64,000 bases of DNA from Gammaproteobacteria bacterium (GTDB lineage: Bacteria; Pseudomonadota; Gammaproteobacteria; Eutrophobiales; Eutrophobiaceae). The notes under the pieces are model-generated. The model did not search any database and was not told the DNA's origin. It worked only from the letters and a program-made list of their open reading frames with translations. The translations under genes were made by a program, and so were the position numbers. Positions 39,368 to 52,175 of the stretch are shown here, piece after piece (position 1 is the stretch's first letter; each line of letters starts with the position of its first letter). The DNA lies in NCBI GenBank assembly GCA_011772965.1, contig WVYN01000021.1:124224-188223 (forward strand), read 5' to 3'.

Positions 39368-39840
39368 AAGAGAAGATTCACGAACAGGGTATTGTCACGA
39401 CAACAGTAGACAATGTCATTAACTGGGCCCGGACCGGGTCGATGTGGCCATTGACCTTTGGCCTTGCCTGTTGCGCGGTGGAAATGATGCATGCCGGTGC
39501 ATCGCGTTATGATCTTGATCGGTTCGGTGTCATATTTCGGCCCAGTCCCCGGCAGTCGGATGTCATGATTGTAGCCGGCACGCTGGTCAACAAGATGGCA
39601 CCGGCCCTGCGCAAGGTTTATGACCAGATGTCCGAGCCCCGATGGGTGATATCCATGGGTTCCTGTGCCAATGGTGGCGGTTACTATCACTATTCCTACT
39701 CTGTTGTGCGCGGCTGTGACCGGATAGTTCCCGTCGACATCTACGTCCCGGGTTGTCCGCCGACCGCAGAAGCGTTGTTATATGGCATTATCCAACTCCA
39801 AAACAAGATCAGACACACCAATTCAATTATCAGGACCTAG
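39358..39840 (+). CDS. nuoB: NADH-quinone oxidoreductase subunit B
   Basis: [10 protein letters not shown] ... [10 protein letters not shown] ... GCPP. Start chosen at MGVEEKI, overlapping the nuoA stop. Confidence 0.9.
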   Translation: MGVEEKIHEQGIVTTTVDNVINWARTGSMWPLTFGLACCAVEMMHAGASRYDLDRFGVIFRPSPRQSDVMIVAGTLVNKMAPALRKVYDQMSEPRWVISMGSCANGGGYYHYSYSVVRGCDRIVPVDIYVPGCPPTAEALLYGIIQLQNKIRHTNSIIRT

Positions 39841-39857
39841 AGGCAGCCGTTTCCCAT

Positions 39858-40559
39858 ATGACATCAGCTTCATTGCAGACACTCGCTGAAAGCCTGCAAG
39901 CCCGGCTTGCGGATATGATAACCGGACTGAAGATTGCCAATGGCGAAATAAGTATTGATGTACCGCCTGATCGTATCACCAAAGTCTGCCTGGTTCTGCG
40001 TGATGAAGCAGAATTCTCCTTTGAACAAGTATCCGATGTCTGTGGTGTTGATTATTCTGCTTATGGTAAGGCAGATTGGGAAACCAAGGATACCACCACA
40101 ACCGGTTTCAGCCGTGGTGTGTGCAAGGATGTGTTTCAAAAGCAGGACCCGGGGGAAACTCATAGACTGGCTGTGGTTTATCATTTACTTTCCCTCAAAC
40201 ATAATCGCCGCTTGCGAGTTAGATGCATGCTGGAGAATCACCCACCCATGATCCAGTCCGTGGTCAATATCTGGGCCAGTGCAAACTGGTTCGAGCGTGA
40301 GGCCTTTGATTTATACGGCATACTCTTTGAGGGCCACCCTGACCTCAGGCGGATACTGACGGATTACGGTTTTATCGGTCATCCATTCCGCAAGGATTTC
40401 CCACTCGAAGGCAATGTGGAAGTGCGTTATGACCCTGAAAAGCAACGGGTCATATATCAGCCTGTCACTATTAGCAACCGGGTTCTTGTGCCCAAGGTAA
40501 TACGGGAAGATAACCGATACACCGCAGACGAGGCTGAACCTCCGCAACCAGAAAGCTAG
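39858..40559 (+). CDS. nuoC: NADH-quinone oxidoreductase subunit C (not fused to NuoD)
   Basis: ANWFEREAFDLYGI motif. Start at MTSASL (39858) after the nuoB stop, not the upstream in-frame ATG at 39753. Confidence 0.85.
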   Translation: MTSASLQTLAESLQARLADMITGLKIANGEISIDVPPDRITKVCLVLRDEAEFSFEQVSDVCGVDYSAYGKADWETKDTTTTGFSRGVCKDVFQKQDPGETHRLAVVYHLLSLKHNRRLRVRCMLENHPPMIQSVVNIWASANWFEREAFDLYGILFEGHPDLRRILTDYGFIGHPFRKDFPLEGNVEVRYDPEKQRVIYQPVTISNRVLVPKVIREDNRYTADEAEPPQPES

Positions 40560-40571
40560 GTTAATCATCCA

Positions 40572-41825
40572 ATGCCTGAAATACGTAACATGACAATGAA
40601 CTTCGGTCCGCAGCATCCTGCGGCCCACGGGGTACTGCGCTTGGTGCTGGAAATGGATGGCGAGGTCATTGTCAGGGCAGACCCGCACATTGGTCTGCTT
40701 CATCGTGCTACCGAGAAGCTGGCAGAAAGCAAACCCTACAACCAGAGTATTGGCTACATGGACCGTCTCGATTATGTGTCCATGATGTGCAATGAGCATG
40801 CCTACGTCCGTGCTATTGAAAAATTATTGAAGGTCACCCCACCGCGCCGCGCGCAATACATTCGCGTTATGTATTCCGAGATAACGCGCATACTCAATCA
40901 CCTGTTGTGGCTTGGTTCACATGGCCTGGATATCGGTGCCATGACCGTTTTCCTCTATTGCTTCCGGGAGCGGGAAGATCTGATGGATTGTTATGAAGCG
41001 GTCTCCGGTACCCGCATGCACGCGACCTATTTCAGACCCGGCGGTGTCTACCGGGATTTACCTGAAACCATGCCCCAGTATGAACCCTCAAAATGGCATG
41101 GTGAGGATGATGTCAAACGGCTCAATGAAAACCGTCAGGGTTCACTGCTTGATTTCATTGAGTCATTCACCGAACGCTTTCCGATGTGTGTTGATGAGTA
41201 TGAGACCTTGTTGACGGATAACCGTATCTGGAAACAACGCACAGTAGGTATTGGCGTGGTTTCACCGGAGCGGGCCCTGCAGCTCGGATTTACCGGACCA
41301 ATGTTACGGGGTTCCGGTATAGAGTGGGACCTGCGCAAGAAGCAGCCCTATGAAGTCTATGACGAACTGGATTTTGATATCCCGGTAGGCGTCAACGGCG
41401 ATTGTTATGACCGTTATCTGGTCCGTATCGAAGAGATGCGCCAGTCCAACCGGATCATCAAGCAGTGTGTTGACTGGTTGCGGGCCAACCCGGGTCCCGT
41501 CATTGTTGATGATTACAAGCTGGTGCCGCCACCGCGCGAGGAAATGAAGGATGACATGGAATCCTTGATCCATCATTTCAAGTTGTTTACGGAAGGCTAC
41601 TGCGTTCCGGCAGGTGAAGTCTATGCAGCCGTGGAACACCCGAAAGGCGAGTTTGGAATCTATTTGATATCAGACGGTGCCAATAAGCCTTACCGGGTGA
41701 AGATACGGGCTGCCGGTTTTGCCCATCTGTCGGCTATGAATGAAATGGTACAGGGACATATGCTGGCCGATGTGGTGGCAATGATCGGAACCCAGGATAT
41801 TGTGTTTGGTGAGATAGATAGATAA
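40572..41825 (+). CDS. nuoD: NADH-quinone oxidoreductase subunit D
   Basis: [16 protein letters not shown]; 417 aa. Confidence 0.9.
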   Translation: MPEIRNMTMNFGPQHPAAHGVLRLVLEMDGEVIVRADPHIGLLHRATEKLAESKPYNQSIGYMDRLDYVSMMCNEHAYVRAIEKLLKVTPPRRAQYIRVMYSEITRILNHLLWLGSHGLDIGAMTVFLYCFREREDLMDCYEAVSGTRMHATYFRPGGVYRDLPETMPQYEPSKWHGEDDVKRLNENRQGSLLDFIESFTERFPMCVDEYETLLTDNRIWKQRTVGIGVVSPERALQLGFTGPMLRGSGIEWDLRKKQPYEVYDELDFDIPVGVNGDCYDRYLVRIEEMRQSNRIIKQCVDWLRANPGPVIVDDYKLVPPPREEMKDDMESLIHHFKLFTEGYCVPAGEVYAAVEHPKGEFGIYLISDGANKPYRVKIRAAGFAHLSAMNEMVQGHMLADVVAMIGTQDIVFGEIDR

Positions 41826-42325
41826 TGACCGAAACTGCAGAAAAGATTGAACTGTCATCAAACGCACGCGAGGTGATCGACCAGTGGATAGTAAAATACC
41901 CTAAAGAACAGAAACGTTCCGCGGTCCTGGCCGCACTGCGCGAGGTGCAACACGAAAACCAGGGCTACCTCACGGTCCCGCTGATGGATGCCGTTGCCGA
42001 TTATCTGGATTTACCAAAGATTGCCGTTTACGAGGTTGTTTCTTTTTATTCCATGCTGGAAACAAAACCCTGTGGCCGACATAGCATTTCGGTCTGCACA
42101 AATATTTCCTGCATGCTGCGTGGTGCCGATGAGATTGTTGAACATATTGAGAACAAACTGGGGATCAAGACCGGTGAGTCAACCAGTGACGGCCGCTATT
42201 ATCTTAAATGTGAGGAAGAATGCCTGGCTGCCTGTTGTCATGCCCCCATGATGATGGTGGATCATGTGTATTATGAAAACCTCACGCCCGAAAGTGTGGA
42301 CGAAATTCTTGATAAACTCGATTAA
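41825..42325 (+). CDS. nuoE: NADH-quinone oxidoreductase subunit E
   Basis: 2Fe-2S cysteines ([14 protein letters not shown] ... C...C). Confidence 0.9.
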   Translation: MTETAEKIELSSNAREVIDQWIVKYPKEQKRSAVLAALREVQHENQGYLTVPLMDAVADYLDLPKIAVYEVVSFYSMLETKPCGRHSISVCTNISCMLRGADEIVEHIENKLGIKTGESTSDGRYYLKCEEECLAACCHAPMMMVDHVYYENLTPESVDEILDKLD

Positions 42326-42333
42326 GTGACACT

Positions 42334-43629
42334 ATGGAAATAAACCAGGTCTGTTATGCAACACTCCAGTTCGATGAACCTTGGACGTTGGATAATTATT
42401 ACAAGGTCGGTGGTTATAAAGCGTGGAAACGGATTCTTTCCGAGAAGGTGCCGCCGGAATCGATCATCGGGGAAGTTAAGACTTCCGGATTACGTGGCCG
42501 TGGCGGCGCTGGTTTCCCAACCGGGCTCAAGTGGAGTTTCATGCCCAAACCGGCTGAGATAACCAAGTATGTGGTTTGTAATTCAGATGAGAGCGAGCCC
42601 GGCACCTGCAAGGATCGTGACATCCTGCGGTTCAATCCTCATTCCCTGATCGAGGGCCTGGCCATTGCCTGCTATGCCATGAGTACCCCGGTTGCTTACA
42701 ATTACCTGCGCGGCGAGTTCATGGATGAACCATGGCTGCGCTTCGAGGCGGCACTTAAGGAAGCCTATGAAGCCGGTTACCTGGGTAAAAACATCATGGG
42801 CTCGGGTGTCGATGTGGATATCTATGGCACACTCGGTGCCGGTGCCTATATCTGCGGTGAGGAAACGGCCCTACTGGAATCGCTGGAGGGGAAAAAGGGA
42901 CTGCCGCGGTTTAAACCGCCTTTCCCGGCCAACTTTGGCTTATACGGGCGCCCCACAACAATTAACAACACGGAATCATTCGCTTCAGTGCCGTCGATCA
43001 TTCGTAAGGGCGGCAGGTGGTTTGCCGATATCGGTGTCCTCAACAGCGGTGGTACCAAATGTTTTTCCGTGAGCGGTCATGTCAACAAACCGGGTAATTT
43101 TGAAGTCCCACTTGGCACCCCGTTCAGGTCCCTGCTCGAGCTGGCCGGTGGCGTCCGTGACGGTCGGGAATTGAAAGCGGTCATACCCGGTGGCTCATCC
43201 GTGCCCGTGGTGCCCGGTGACGTTATGCTGGATACCAACATGGACTATGAATCAATCCAGAAGGCGGGCTCCATGCTGGGTTCCGGTGCAGTCATTGTGA
43301 TGGACGATACGACCTGCATGGTTCGGGTCCTCGAGCGTATTTCACGATTCTATTATTCCGAATCTTGTGGTCAGTGCACGCCATGCCGCGAAGGCACGGG
43401 CTGGCTGTATCGTGTCATTCAACGTATTGAGAATGGCAAGGGTCAACCGGAAGACCTCGACAAACTTGACAGTGTTGCCAGCAAAATTGAAGGCCATACC
43501 ATCTGTGCTCTTGGTGATGCGGCGGCGTGGCCGGTTCGCAGTTTTATAAAGCGCTTTCGTGAAGAATTTGAATATCACATCAAGAACGGGTGTTGCCTTG
43601 TTGGCGACAGGAAAAACGAGGCAGCATAG
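42334..43629 (+). CDS. nuoF: NADH-quinone oxidoreductase subunit F
   Basis: [13 protein letters not shown] (FMN/NADH site) and [12 protein letters not shown] (4Fe-4S). Confidence 0.9.
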   Translation: MEINQVCYATLQFDEPWTLDNYYKVGGYKAWKRILSEKVPPESIIGEVKTSGLRGRGGAGFPTGLKWSFMPKPAEITKYVVCNSDESEPGTCKDRDILRFNPHSLIEGLAIACYAMSTPVAYNYLRGEFMDEPWLRFEAALKEAYEAGYLGKNIMGSGVDVDIYGTLGAGAYICGEETALLESLEGKKGLPRFKPPFPANFGLYGRPTTINNTESFASVPSIIRKGGRWFADIGVLNSGGTKCFSVSGHVNKPGNFEVPLGTPFRSLLELAGGVRDGRELKAVIPGGSSVPVVPGDVMLDTNMDYESIQKAGSMLGSGAVIVMDDTTCMVRVLERISRFYYSESCGQCTPCREGTGWLYRVIQRIENGKGQPEDLDKLDSVASKIEGHTICALGDAAAWPVRSFIKRFREEFEYHIKNGCCLVGDRKNEAA

Positions 43630-43638
43630 TAAGAATTT

Positions 43639-46017
43639 ATGAATGAAGAAATTGTAACAATTCAAGTTGATGGCAGGCCTTTGCAGGCACGCAAAGGACA
43701 GATGCTGATTGAGGTAACTGACAAAAACAAGATTTATATCCCACGGTTTTGTTATCACCAGAAATTATCCATCGCCGCGAATTGCCGCATGTGTCTGGTC
43801 GATGTCGAAAAGGCACCTAAACCACTACCGGCCTGTGCAACCCCGGTTATGGACGGCATGCAGGTTGCCACGCGTTCGAAGCGTGCTCTTGATGCGCAGA
43901 AGGCCGTCATGGAATTTCTGCTGATCAACCATCCGCTCGATTGCCCCATCTGTGACCAGGGAGGTGAATGTGAATTACAGGACCTGGCCATGGGTTATGG
44001 CCGAGATATATCCCGTTATCATGAAAAAAAACGCGTGGTCAAAGACAAGAATATCGGACCGTTGGTACAGACGGACATGACCCGATGTATTCATTGCACC
44101 CGCTGCGTGAGATTCGGTGAAGAAATTGCCGGGCTCAAGGAATTGGGCGCCACCGGTCGTGGTGAACATATGGAAATAGGTACTTACATAGAGAAAAGTA
44201 TGATTTCGGAGATGTCCGGTAATGTGATTGACCTTTGCCCGGTCGGAGCCCTGACGTCCAAGCCGTTCCGTTATTCTGCGCGCACTTGGGAGATGCAGCA
44301 GATTCCGGGTATTGCTCCGCATGATTCCGTGGGTTCAAACATTCATTTTCATATCAAGGGTAACCGGGTGAAGCGCGTCGTCCCCGCCGAGAATGATTCT
44401 ATTAACGAGGTGTGGTTGTCTGATCGTGACCGCTTCAGTTATGAAGGTCTGTATCATCCTGATCGATTGACTGCACCCATGATCAAGAAATCCGGTTATT
44501 GGCAGGAAGTCGATTGGGAGACGGCCTTATCATTTGTTAGAGATGGTTTGAAGCATGTAATGCATCATCATTCGTCGGATCAACTTGGAGCCCTTGCATC
44601 CGCCTCAGCTACTGTCGAGGAACTGTTTTTGATGCAACGACTGCTGCGGTCCCTGGGCACCGCCAACATTGATCACCGGGTACGTCAGTCAGATTTTACC
44701 GACCAGGATAAGGCGCCCTTGTTCCCCTGGCTCGGAATGCCAATAGCAGAACTTGAGAAACAGGATGCTGTCCTTCTGGTTGGCAGCCACGTTCGCAAGG
44801 AACAACCCATCATCAATCATCGTTTACGCAAGGCCACCATGCATGGTTGTCAGGTGCTGGTCATTAATTCGTTAAATTATGATCTGAATTTCAATGTCGC
44901 TACACGAATCATTACCTCGCCAACTACGATACCTGAAACACTTGCGGGAGTTGTGAAAGCGTTAGCAGGCTCCGGCAAGATATCGCCTGACCCGGACCTC
45001 AAGACTGCTATCAGTACGGCAACGGTCAGTGATAATCAGCATCTGATGGCGGAAACCTTATTAAATGCCGGGAAGGGTGTGATCCTGTTGGGGAACCAGG
45101 CCATGGCTCACCCGCAATACGGGGCATTATGTTCACTGGCCACGGCACTCGCAAAAGCAACCGGGTGTCATATCGGTTTTCTTTCCGATGCGGCCAATGT
45201 TTCCGGTGCCTGGATTGCCGGTGCAACTCCGCACCGGGGGCCAGGGGGGAAAGCAGCCGATAAAAAGGGTCTCAATGCCGCAACTATGCTGGAAAATGAA
45301 TTGAAGGCTTATGTCCTGCTTGGTCTGGAACCGGAGCTGGATTGCCTTGATGGACATCAGGCCATGCAGGCCTTGCAAGCAGCAGAATTCGTGGTCAACC
45401 TGACGGCCTATTCCTCTGAATCAATTAAAGCATATGCCGATGTCTTGTTGCCGATTGCCCAGTTTGCCGAAACGTCCGGTACCTACATTAATAATGAAGG
45501 TATCTGGCAGAGCTTCAATGGCGTGGTTCCACCGCCCGGTGAAGCACGGCCCGCATGGAAGGTGTTACGTGTCATGGGGAACCTGTTCGAGCTCGAAGGA
45601 TTTGACTTCGACACCAGCCTCGAGATCAAGGAAGAACTCAAGAATCAAATAGGTCTGAAATCGGTTTCCAACATGATCAATTGGTCAGTACCGCATTTAC
45701 GTGCAGCAAGCAGTGGGATCGAACGGATTACCGAAGTCCCGATGAATTCTATCGATCCACTAACCCGACATGCCGCAGCCTTGCAGAAAACCACTGATGT
45801 TGCCGATGGCAAACTACACATCCATCCACAGCTGGCCTCTGCCAAAGGCCTGGATGAAGGTCAAATTGCCAGGGTTGAACAGGATGAACAGGTTGTCGAA
45901 CTGCCGGTTACCCTTGACGAGCGTGTACCTAAAAATGGCGTGTTGATTCAGGCAGGGCATCCGGATGTTGCCTCGTTGGGTCCCTGGCACGGTCAAATCA
46001 AGTTAGGCAAAGCGTAA
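43639..46017 (+). CDS. nuoG: NADH-quinone oxidoreductase subunit G
   Basis: N-terminal 2Fe-2[31 protein letters not shown], and a molybdopterin-like domain. Confidence 0.9.
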   Translation: MNEEIVTIQVDGRPLQARKGQMLIEVTDKNKIYIPRFCYHQKLSIAANCRMCLVDVEKAPKPLPACATPVMDGMQVATRSKRALDAQKAVMEFLLINHPLDCPICDQGGECELQDLAMGYGRDISRYHEKKRVVKDKNIGPLVQTDMTRCIHCTRCVRFGEEIAGLKELGATGRGEHMEIGTYIEKSMISEMSGNVIDLCPVGALTSKPFRYSARTWEMQQIPGIAPHDSVGSNIHFHIKGNRVKRVVPAENDSINEVWLSDRDRFSYEGLYHPDRLTAPMIKKSGYWQEVDWETALSFVRDGLKHVMHHHSSDQLGALASASATVEELFLMQRLLRSLGTANIDHRVRQSDFTDQDKAPLFPWLGMPIAELEKQDAVLLVGSHVRKEQPIINHRLRKATMHGCQVLVINSLNYDLNFNVATRIITSPTTIPETLAGVVKALAGSGKISPDPDLKTAISTATVSDNQHLMAETLLNAGKGVILLGNQAMAHPQYGALCSLATALAKATGCHIGFLSDAANVSGAWIAGATPHRGPGGKAADKKGLNAATMLENELKAYVLLGLEPELDCLDGHQAMQALQAAEFVVNLTAYSSESIKAYADVLLPIAQFAETSGTYINNEGIWQSFNGVVPPPGEARPAWKVLRVMGNLFELEGFDFDTSLEIKEELKNQIGLKSVSNMINWSVPHLRAASSGIERITEVPMNSIDPLTRHAAALQKTTDVADGKLHIHPQLASAKGLDEGQIARVEQDEQVVELPVTLDERVPKNGVLIQAGHPDVASLGPWHGQIKLGKA

Positions 46018-46021
46018 TACG

Positions 46022-47110
46022 ATGCTCGAATTCATCAGCCAAAACGTGTTTTCGCCACTGACCGCATTCCTGTTGCCATCGGCCTGGCAACCCTATGCTG
46101 TCTACACGCTGGAAACCGTGACCAAGATCGTGGCGATACTTATCCCCGTATTATTAACTGTGGCCTACCTGCCTTATGCCGAACGCAAGATCATTGGATA
46201 CATCCAGAATCGGATTGGTCCCAACCGGGTTGGCTTTTTCGGTTACAGTCTGGCCGGGATCGGGCAACCGATTGCGGATGCAGTGAAGCTGATTTTTAAG
46301 GAGATCATCATACCCACTGGCGCCAATAAGACCTTGTTTATTATTGCGCCGATTCTTTCCGTGGCACCAGCACTGGCTGCCTGGGCTGTTATCCCGTTTA
46401 ATGACACCCTGGTACTGGCGGACATCAATGCCGGCCTGCTGTATGTCCTTGCTCTGACCTCCCTGGCGGTATACGGCATTATTATTGCCGGCTGGGCCTC
46501 CAATTCAAAGTATGCTTTTCTAGGCGCTATGCGTTCTGTGGCGCAAATCGTTGCCTATGAGATCGCCATGGGATTTGCACTGGTTGGAGTGCTTATTGCG
46601 GCGGGGAGCCTGAACCTTGGCGAGATTGTCCGTGCCCAGGAGGGCTGGTTCATACACTGGTTCTGGTTACCATTGTTGCCATTACTCGGAGTTTATTTTA
46701 TTTCCGGTGTTGCAGAAACCAACCGTGCACCGTTTGATGTTGCTGAAGGTGAATCTGAGATTGTGGCAGGCTTTCATGTGGAATACGGTGGTATGGCCTT
46801 CTCTGTTTTCTTTATGGCGGAATACGCCAATATGATCATCATTGCCCTATTAACTTCTTTGTTATTTTTTGGTGGCTGGCTCTCGCCCTTTCACGGGATA
46901 CCTTACCTCGGTGCACCCAGCATTGTCTGGTTGCTGCTGAAAACATCGTTTTTCCTGTTTGTGTTTCTCTGGTTACGGGCAACTTTCCCACGTTATCGTT
47001 ATGACCAGATTATGCGTCTGGGCTGGAAGGTATTTATTCCAATCACCATCGTCTGGTTGGTCGTCGCGGCCATTCTGGTCGTGCTGGAAGTACCACCCTG
47101 GTTCAAATGA
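46022..47110 (+). CDS. nuoH: NADH-quinone oxidoreductase subunit H
   Basis: [24 protein letters not shown]. Confidence 0.9.
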   Translation: MLEFISQNVFSPLTAFLLPSAWQPYAVYTLETVTKIVAILIPVLLTVAYLPYAERKIIGYIQNRIGPNRVGFFGYSLAGIGQPIADAVKLIFKEIIIPTGANKTLFIIAPILSVAPALAAWAVIPFNDTLVLADINAGLLYVLALTSLAVYGIIIAGWASNSKYAFLGAMRSVAQIVAYEIAMGFALVGVLIAAGSLNLGEIVRAQEGWFIHWFWLPLLPLLGVYFISGVAETNRAPFDVAEGESEIVAGFHVEYGGMAFSVFFMAEYANMIIIALLTSLLFFGGWLSPFHGIPYLGAPSIVWLLLKTSFFLFVFLWLRATFPRYRYDQIMRLGWKVFIPITIVWLVVAAILVVLEVPPWFK

Positions 47111-47135
47111 TTTTGGAAATTAATAAATATTCGGA

Positions 47136-47633
47136 TTGAATATGTTGCAGGCGGCACAAAATTACCTGAAAAGCCTGTTTCTCTGGGAACTGTTCAAGGG
47201 CCTGAGACTGACTGGTCGACATCTGTTCAAGCGCAAGGTAACTGTGCAATACCCGGAGGAAAAGACACCGCTGTCACCACGTTTCAGAGGGCTTCATGCA
47301 CTGAGACGCTATCCCAACGGTGAAGAACGTTGTATTGCCTGCAAACTCTGTGAAGCAGTTTGCCCGGCAGTGGCAATCACCATTGAGTCGGAAGAACGTG
47401 CTGATGGGACAAGGCGTACAACCCGCTACGATATTGATCTGACCAAATGTATTTTTTGTGGGTTTTGTGAGGAATCTTGTCCGGTCGACTCCATCGTTGA
47501 AACCCGTATCTTTGAATATCATGGGGGACAACGAGGTGATCTTATTATGACCAAGGAAAAGTTACTGGCCGTTGGAGACAAGGCAGAAAAGCAAATTGCA
47601 GAGGATCGGGCAAAAGACGCAATTTATCGATAA
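47136..47633 (+). CDS. nuoI: NADH-quinone oxidoreductase subunit I
   Basis: Two 4Fe-4S ferredoxin motifs ([24 protein letters not shown]). Confidence 0.9.
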   Translation: MNMLQAAQNYLKSLFLWELFKGLRLTGRHLFKRKVTVQYPEEKTPLSPRFRGLHALRRYPNGEERCIACKLCEAVCPAVAITIESEERADGTRRTTRYDIDLTKCIFCGFCEESCPVDSIVETRIFEYHGGQRGDLIMTKEKLLAVGDKAEKQIAEDRAKDAIYR

Positions 47634-47682
47634 CACATTACAGTGATCAGTAATAATAATTTCACGGAGTATACACAGTTGC

Positions 47683-48306
47683 ATGGTTGAGTTGTTGGTC
47701 TTTTATTTCTTTGGCGCAGTGCTGGTAATTTCCGCCAGTATGGTTGTGACCATTCGTAATCCCGTTTTTGCCGCACTGTTCCTGGTGCTGTGCTTTTTCT
47801 CCAGTGCCGCCATCTGGCTGATTTTGCAAGCTGAGTTTCTCGCTATTGCCCTGGTCTTGGTCTATGTAGGCGCGGTCATGGTCCTGTTCCTTTTCGTAGT
47901 GATGATGCTCGATATTAATATTGCGCGGTTACGAGAAGGCTTTGTGAAGTTCCTGCCGGTAGGTATCATCGTCGCATTATTAATGCTGGTTGCCATGAGT
48001 CTTGTCATCACTTCCGGCTATTTCAATCGTGAAGAGCCCGCGATCCAGGTCTCCCAGGTTGCCGGTTACAGTAATACCACGCAACTCGGCAAGGCATTGT
48101 TTACAGAATATCTCTATCCATTTGAGATAGCCGGCGTGATCCTGCTGGTGGCTATCATTGCTGCCATATCATTGACCATGCGAAAACCCCGCAGCAACAA
48201 GACTCAGCAACCATCCTTGCAGGTCAGGGCCAGCAAGAAGGAGCGGCTGAGAATAATCAAGATGAAAGCCGAGCCGAAACAGGACGCAGGAGGCCAGTCA
48301 TCATGA
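47683..48306 (+). CDS. nuoJ: NADH-quinone oxidoreductase subunit J
   Basis: 207 aa, 5 TM. Confidence 0.85.
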   Translation: MVELLVFYFFGAVLVISASMVVTIRNPVFAALFLVLCFFSSAAIWLILQAEFLAIALVLVYVGAVMVLFLFVVMMLDINIARLREGFVKFLPVGIIVALLMLVAMSLVITSGYFNREEPAIQVSQVAGYSNTTQLGKALFTEYLYPFEIAGVILLVAIIAAISLTMRKPRSNKTQQPSLQVRASKKERLRIIKMKAEPKQDAGGQSS

Positions 48307-48608
48307 TCGTACTATCCGATGTCCTGATCCTTGCCGCTATCCTGTTTTGCATCAGTGTGGCCGGTATTTTTATAAACCGGAAGAATGTCATTATTCTCCT
48401 GATGTGTATTGAATTGATGCTGCTCGCTGTCAATATGAATTTCATCGCTTTTTCTCATTTTTTACAGGACATCAATGGTCAGGTCTTTGTCTTCTTTATT
48501 CTTACAGTTGCCGCTGCAGAATCAGCTATTGGTCTGGCAATCTTGGTGGTGCTTTTCAGGAATCGGGAAACCATCAATGTCCAGGATCTGAATTCAATGA
48601 AGGGTTAA
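48303..48608 (+). CDS. nuoK: NADH-quinone oxidoreductase subunit K
   Basis: 101 aa, 3 TM; the conserved Glu is in [14 protein letters not shown]. Confidence 0.9.
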   Translation: MIVLSDVLILAAILFCISVAGIFINRKNVIILLMCIELMLLAVNMNFIAFSHFLQDINGQVFVFFILTVAAAESAIGLAILVVLFRNRETINVQDLNSMKG

Positions 48609-48671
48609 ACAAAGTATCAATGGTTAATAACAACAATATTTTCTACAGACCGCAGACCAGGGATCGAGATC

Positions 48672-50636
48672 ATGGCAGATAATATGGAAAGTATTTACAT
48701 CGCGATTGTACTTTCTCCGCTCGTGGCTTCGATCATTGCCGGTCTGTTTGGCAAGGCCATTGGTCGTAGCGGGGCACACTGGGTCACGATTATTGGTGTT
48801 GGTATTTCCAGTATCCTCTCCCTGATTGCCTATAAGCACATTATTTTTGATGGCGGAGATATATTTAACGGAGCGGTATACCAGTGGCTGATAAGTGGTG
48901 GTATCAGCCTGGAAGTCGGTTTTCTGGTTGATCGCCTGACAGTCACCATGATGGTAGTGGTGTCCTTTGTTTCCTGGATGATCCATATCTACACCATCGG
49001 CTACATGCATGATGACCCAGGTTATCAGCGCTTCTTCAGTTATATATCTTTGTTTACGTTCTCCATGCTGATGTTGGTCATGTCCAATAATTTCATGCAG
49101 TTATTCTTTGGTTGGGAAGCCGTTGGCCTCGTTTCCTATCTCCTGATCGGGTTTTGGTACAAGCGTGAATCGGCCATTTTTGCCAATCTGAAAGCGTTTC
49201 TAGTCAATCGGGTAGGGGACTTCGGTTTCATCCTGGGGATTGCTGCAATCTTGATGGCATTCAATACACTGGATTACTGGGAAGTCTTTAACCGGGCGCC
49301 GGTACAGGGCGATGTAACCATTAGCTTGTTCCAGGGTTACGAGTGGTCCTTGATGACGGTCATTTGCATCAGCCTGTTCATCGGTGCGATGGGCAAATCG
49401 GCACAATTTCCCCTGCATGTTTGGCTTCCGGACTCCATGGAAGGCCCGACACCCATCTCTGCGCTGATTCATGCCGCGACCATGGTTACGGCAGGTATCT
49501 TCATGGTGGCACGCATGTCTCCTTTGTTCGAACTTTCCGAGACGGCACTTAATTTCATCCTTATTATCGGCGCGATAACCGCATTCTTCATGGGGCTTCT
49601 GGGTCTGGTCCAGAATGACATCAAGCGGGTCATTGCATATTCCACCCTGTCACAACTGGGTTACATGACGGTAGCGCTGGGGGCCTCGGCCTATGCGGCC
49701 GCGATATTCCATCTGGTGACCCATGCCTTTTTCAAGGCCCTGCTGTTCCTGGCTGCCGGTGCTGTGATTATTGTGCTTCATCATGAGCAGGATATTCGCA
49801 AGATGGGCGGCCTGTACAAGTACATGCCCATTACCTGGCTGACCTGCTTGATAGGCGCACTTGCACTGATTGGTTTCCCCGGGTTTTCCGGGTTCTTTTC
49901 CAAAGATGCCATTATTGAGGCCGTGCACCTATCTACCTTGCCCGCTGCTGATTTTGCCTATTACGCAGTAATGACCGGTGTCGTTATCACGGCGCTTTAT
50001 ACTTTCCGTTTGTTCTTCCTGGTCTTCCATGGCAAGGAGCGAATGGATAAGGAGACCTGGAGCCATCTGCATGAAGCACCGGCGGTTATCTGGGTGCCAT
50101 TATCCGTGCTCGCGGTGCCTTCCTTCATAATCGGTTTCTTCCTCGTTGGCCCGATGCTGTTTAGTGAATACTTCGCTGACGCAATCTATGTTGCTCCCGC
50201 ACATAATGTACTGGCGGAGATGGGGCAGGAATATCACGGAATATTTGGCTTTATCCACCATGCCTTCAAACAACCCCCGGTATATCTTGCGTTTGTCGGT
50301 CTATTCCTGGCTTGGTTGTTCTATATCAGGTTGCCGGATTTGCCGAAGAAAATTGCTGGATTGTTGCAGCCCTTATATTTCGTGTTGGTGAAGAAATATG
50401 GGATGGACGAATTTAACCAGATTGTTTTTGCAGGTGGTGTGCGGCGAATCGGTAACTTTCTCTGGGACATCGGTGATGTCAAGTTCATTGACGGACTGTT
50501 CGTGAATGGTTCTGCACTCTCCGTGCAATGGTTTTCGGGCGTGGTTCGAAAGTTACAATCCGGTTATCTTTATCATTACGCCTTTGCAATGATCTTTGCC
50601 TTGTTATTACTGATTTTCTTCTTTGTTCACAATTAA
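48672..50636 (+). CDS. nuoL: NADH-quinone oxidoreductase subunit L
   Basis: 654 aa antiporter-like subunit with a long C-terminal extension. Confidence 0.9.
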   Translation: MADNMESIYIAIVLSPLVASIIAGLFGKAIGRSGAHWVTIIGVGISSILSLIAYKHIIFDGGDIFNGAVYQWLISGGISLEVGFLVDRLTVTMMVVVSFVSWMIHIYTIGYMHDDPGYQRFFSYISLFTFSMLMLVMSNNFMQLFFGWEAVGLVSYLLIGFWYKRESAIFANLKAFLVNRVGDFGFILGIAAILMAFNTLDYWEVFNRAPVQGDVTISLFQGYEWSLMTVICISLFIGAMGKSAQFPLHVWLPDSMEGPTPISALIHAATMVTAGIFMVARMSPLFELSETALNFILIIGAITAFFMGLLGLVQNDIKRVIAYSTLSQLGYMTVALGASAYAAAIFHLVTHAFFKALLFLAAGAVIIVLHHEQDIRKMGGLYKYMPITWLTCLIGALALIGFPGFSGFFSKDAIIEAVHLSTLPAADFAYYAVMTGVVITALYTFRLFFLVFHGKERMDKETWSHLHEAPAVIWVPLSVLAVPSFIIGFFLVGPMLFSEYFADAIYVAPAHNVLAEMGQEYHGIFGFIHHAFKQPPVYLAFVGLFLAWLFYIRLPDLPKKIAGLLQPLYFVLVKKYGMDEFNQIVFAGGVRRIGNFLWDIGDVKFIDGLFVNGSALSVQWFSGVVRKLQSGYLYHYAFAMIFALLLLIFFFVHN

Positions 50637-50653
50637 TAACAGATAGTTAATTC

Positions 50654-52171
50654 ATGCCGATTGATTTACCGATACTAAGCTTGTTGATCTGGGCACCGAT
50701 TCTGGGAGGGCTCTGGGTGCTCTATGCGGGAGACAGGCAGGCAGAAACGATCAAGTATCTGTCACTGGGGATTGCCATGATAACTTTTCTGTTATCGATA
50801 TTTCTTTATATAGATTTTGACAGCACTACTCATGAAATGCAGTTCGTTGAGTTTGCCCCATGGATCAGGGCATTCTCGATTAATTACCACCTTGGTGTTG
50901 ATGGTATCTCGGTCCCACTGATCATTCTAACAACCTTCATAAATTTACTAATTATTCTGGCTGGCTGGGAAGTGATTGATTACCGCCTTTCACATTACCT
51001 GGCGGCATTTTTGATCCTCGAAGGACTGATGAATGGTGTCTTTGCTGCACTTGATGCGATACTTTTTTATTTCTTCTGGGAGGCCATGCTGATCCCGATG
51101 TTTCTCATTATCGGGATCTGGGGCGGTCCGAACCGGGTTTATGCGACGATAAAATTTTTTCTCTATACTTTCCTGGGGTCGGTTTTCATGTTGGTGGCCT
51201 TGTTGTACCTTTACTCTCAGGCCAACAGCTTCTTTATCCTTGATTTGCATGTGTTGCCTCTAGGCGAACTGGCACAAAAGCTTATTTTTATCGCTTTCCT
51301 GCTCGCCTTTGCAGTGAAAATACCGATGTGGCCGGTACACACCTGGTTACCGGATGCCCATGTGGAAGCGCCAACCGGAGGTTCTGTCATACTGGCGGCC
51401 ATCATGTTGAAAATGGGTGGCTATGGTTTTTTACGTTTCAGCCTGCCCATTGTTCCAGATGCCAGTTTGTTTTTCACGGATTTCATGATAGTGCTTTCCC
51501 TGATTGCCATTGTCTATATCGGCTTCGTCGCCCTGGTGCAGCAGGACATGAAAAAGCTGATTGCCTATTCATCCATTTCCCATATGGGTTTCGCTACCCT
51601 GGGATTCTTCGTTGGTTTCAGCATCTTTGCTGTTACTGGTTCTACCAGCGGAGCAGAAATGGCGATGGGAGGCGCGATAATGCAAATGATCTCGCATGGT
51701 TTCATATCCGGAGCCTTGTTCCTGTGTGTTGGCGTGATGTATGACCGCATCCACAGCAGGCAGATTAAAGACTATGGTGGCGTGGTCAATACCATGCCAC
51801 ATTTCGCCGCTTTCATGATGCTATTTGCCATGGCCAATTCCGGTCTGCCCGGCACTTCGGGTTTTGTTGGTGAATTCCTGGTGATACTCAGCAGTTACCA
51901 GGCCAGTTTCTGGATTGCTTTCCTGGCCGCCACTATTTTAGTCTTGGGTGCTGCTTATAATCTCTGGATGTACAAGCGGGTTATATACGGCGATGTTGCC
52001 AATGAAAAGGTGGAAAAACTGCAGGATATCAACTCCAGGGAAACAGTCATAATGGCTCTGCTGGCCATTGCTGTACTTCTGTTTGGTCTGTGGCCTGCGC
52101 CATTGTTTGAAATTATGGATGAGACCATCAAACACCTCATCACACACATCCTGCAATCCAAGGTAATTTAG
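50654..52171 (+). CDS. nuoM: NADH-quinone oxidoreductase subunit M
   Basis: 505 aa. Confidence 0.9.
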   Translation: MPIDLPILSLLIWAPILGGLWVLYAGDRQAETIKYLSLGIAMITFLLSIFLYIDFDSTTHEMQFVEFAPWIRAFSINYHLGVDGISVPLIILTTFINLLIILAGWEVIDYRLSHYLAAFLILEGLMNGVFAALDAILFYFFWEAMLIPMFLIIGIWGGPNRVYATIKFFLYTFLGSVFMLVALLYLYSQANSFFILDLHVLPLGELAQKLIFIAFLLAFAVKIPMWPVHTWLPDAHVEAPTGGSVILAAIMLKMGGYGFLRFSLPIVPDASLFFTDFMIVLSLIAIVYIGFVALVQQDMKKLIAYSSISHMGFATLGFFVGFSIFAVTGSTSGAEMAMGGAIMQMISHGFISGALFLCVGVMYDRIHSRQIKDYGGVVNTMPHFAAFMMLFAMANSGLPGTSGFVGEFLVILSSYQASFWIAFLAATILVLGAAYNLWMYKRVIYGDVANEKVEKLQDINSRETVIMALLAIAVLLFGLWPAPLFEIMDETIKHLITHILQSKVI

Positions 52172-52175
52172 GACT

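Noticed and set aside
39753-39857. Upstream extension of nuoC
   Set aside because: It overlaps the nuoB 3' end. MTSASL at 39858 follows the nuoB stop.
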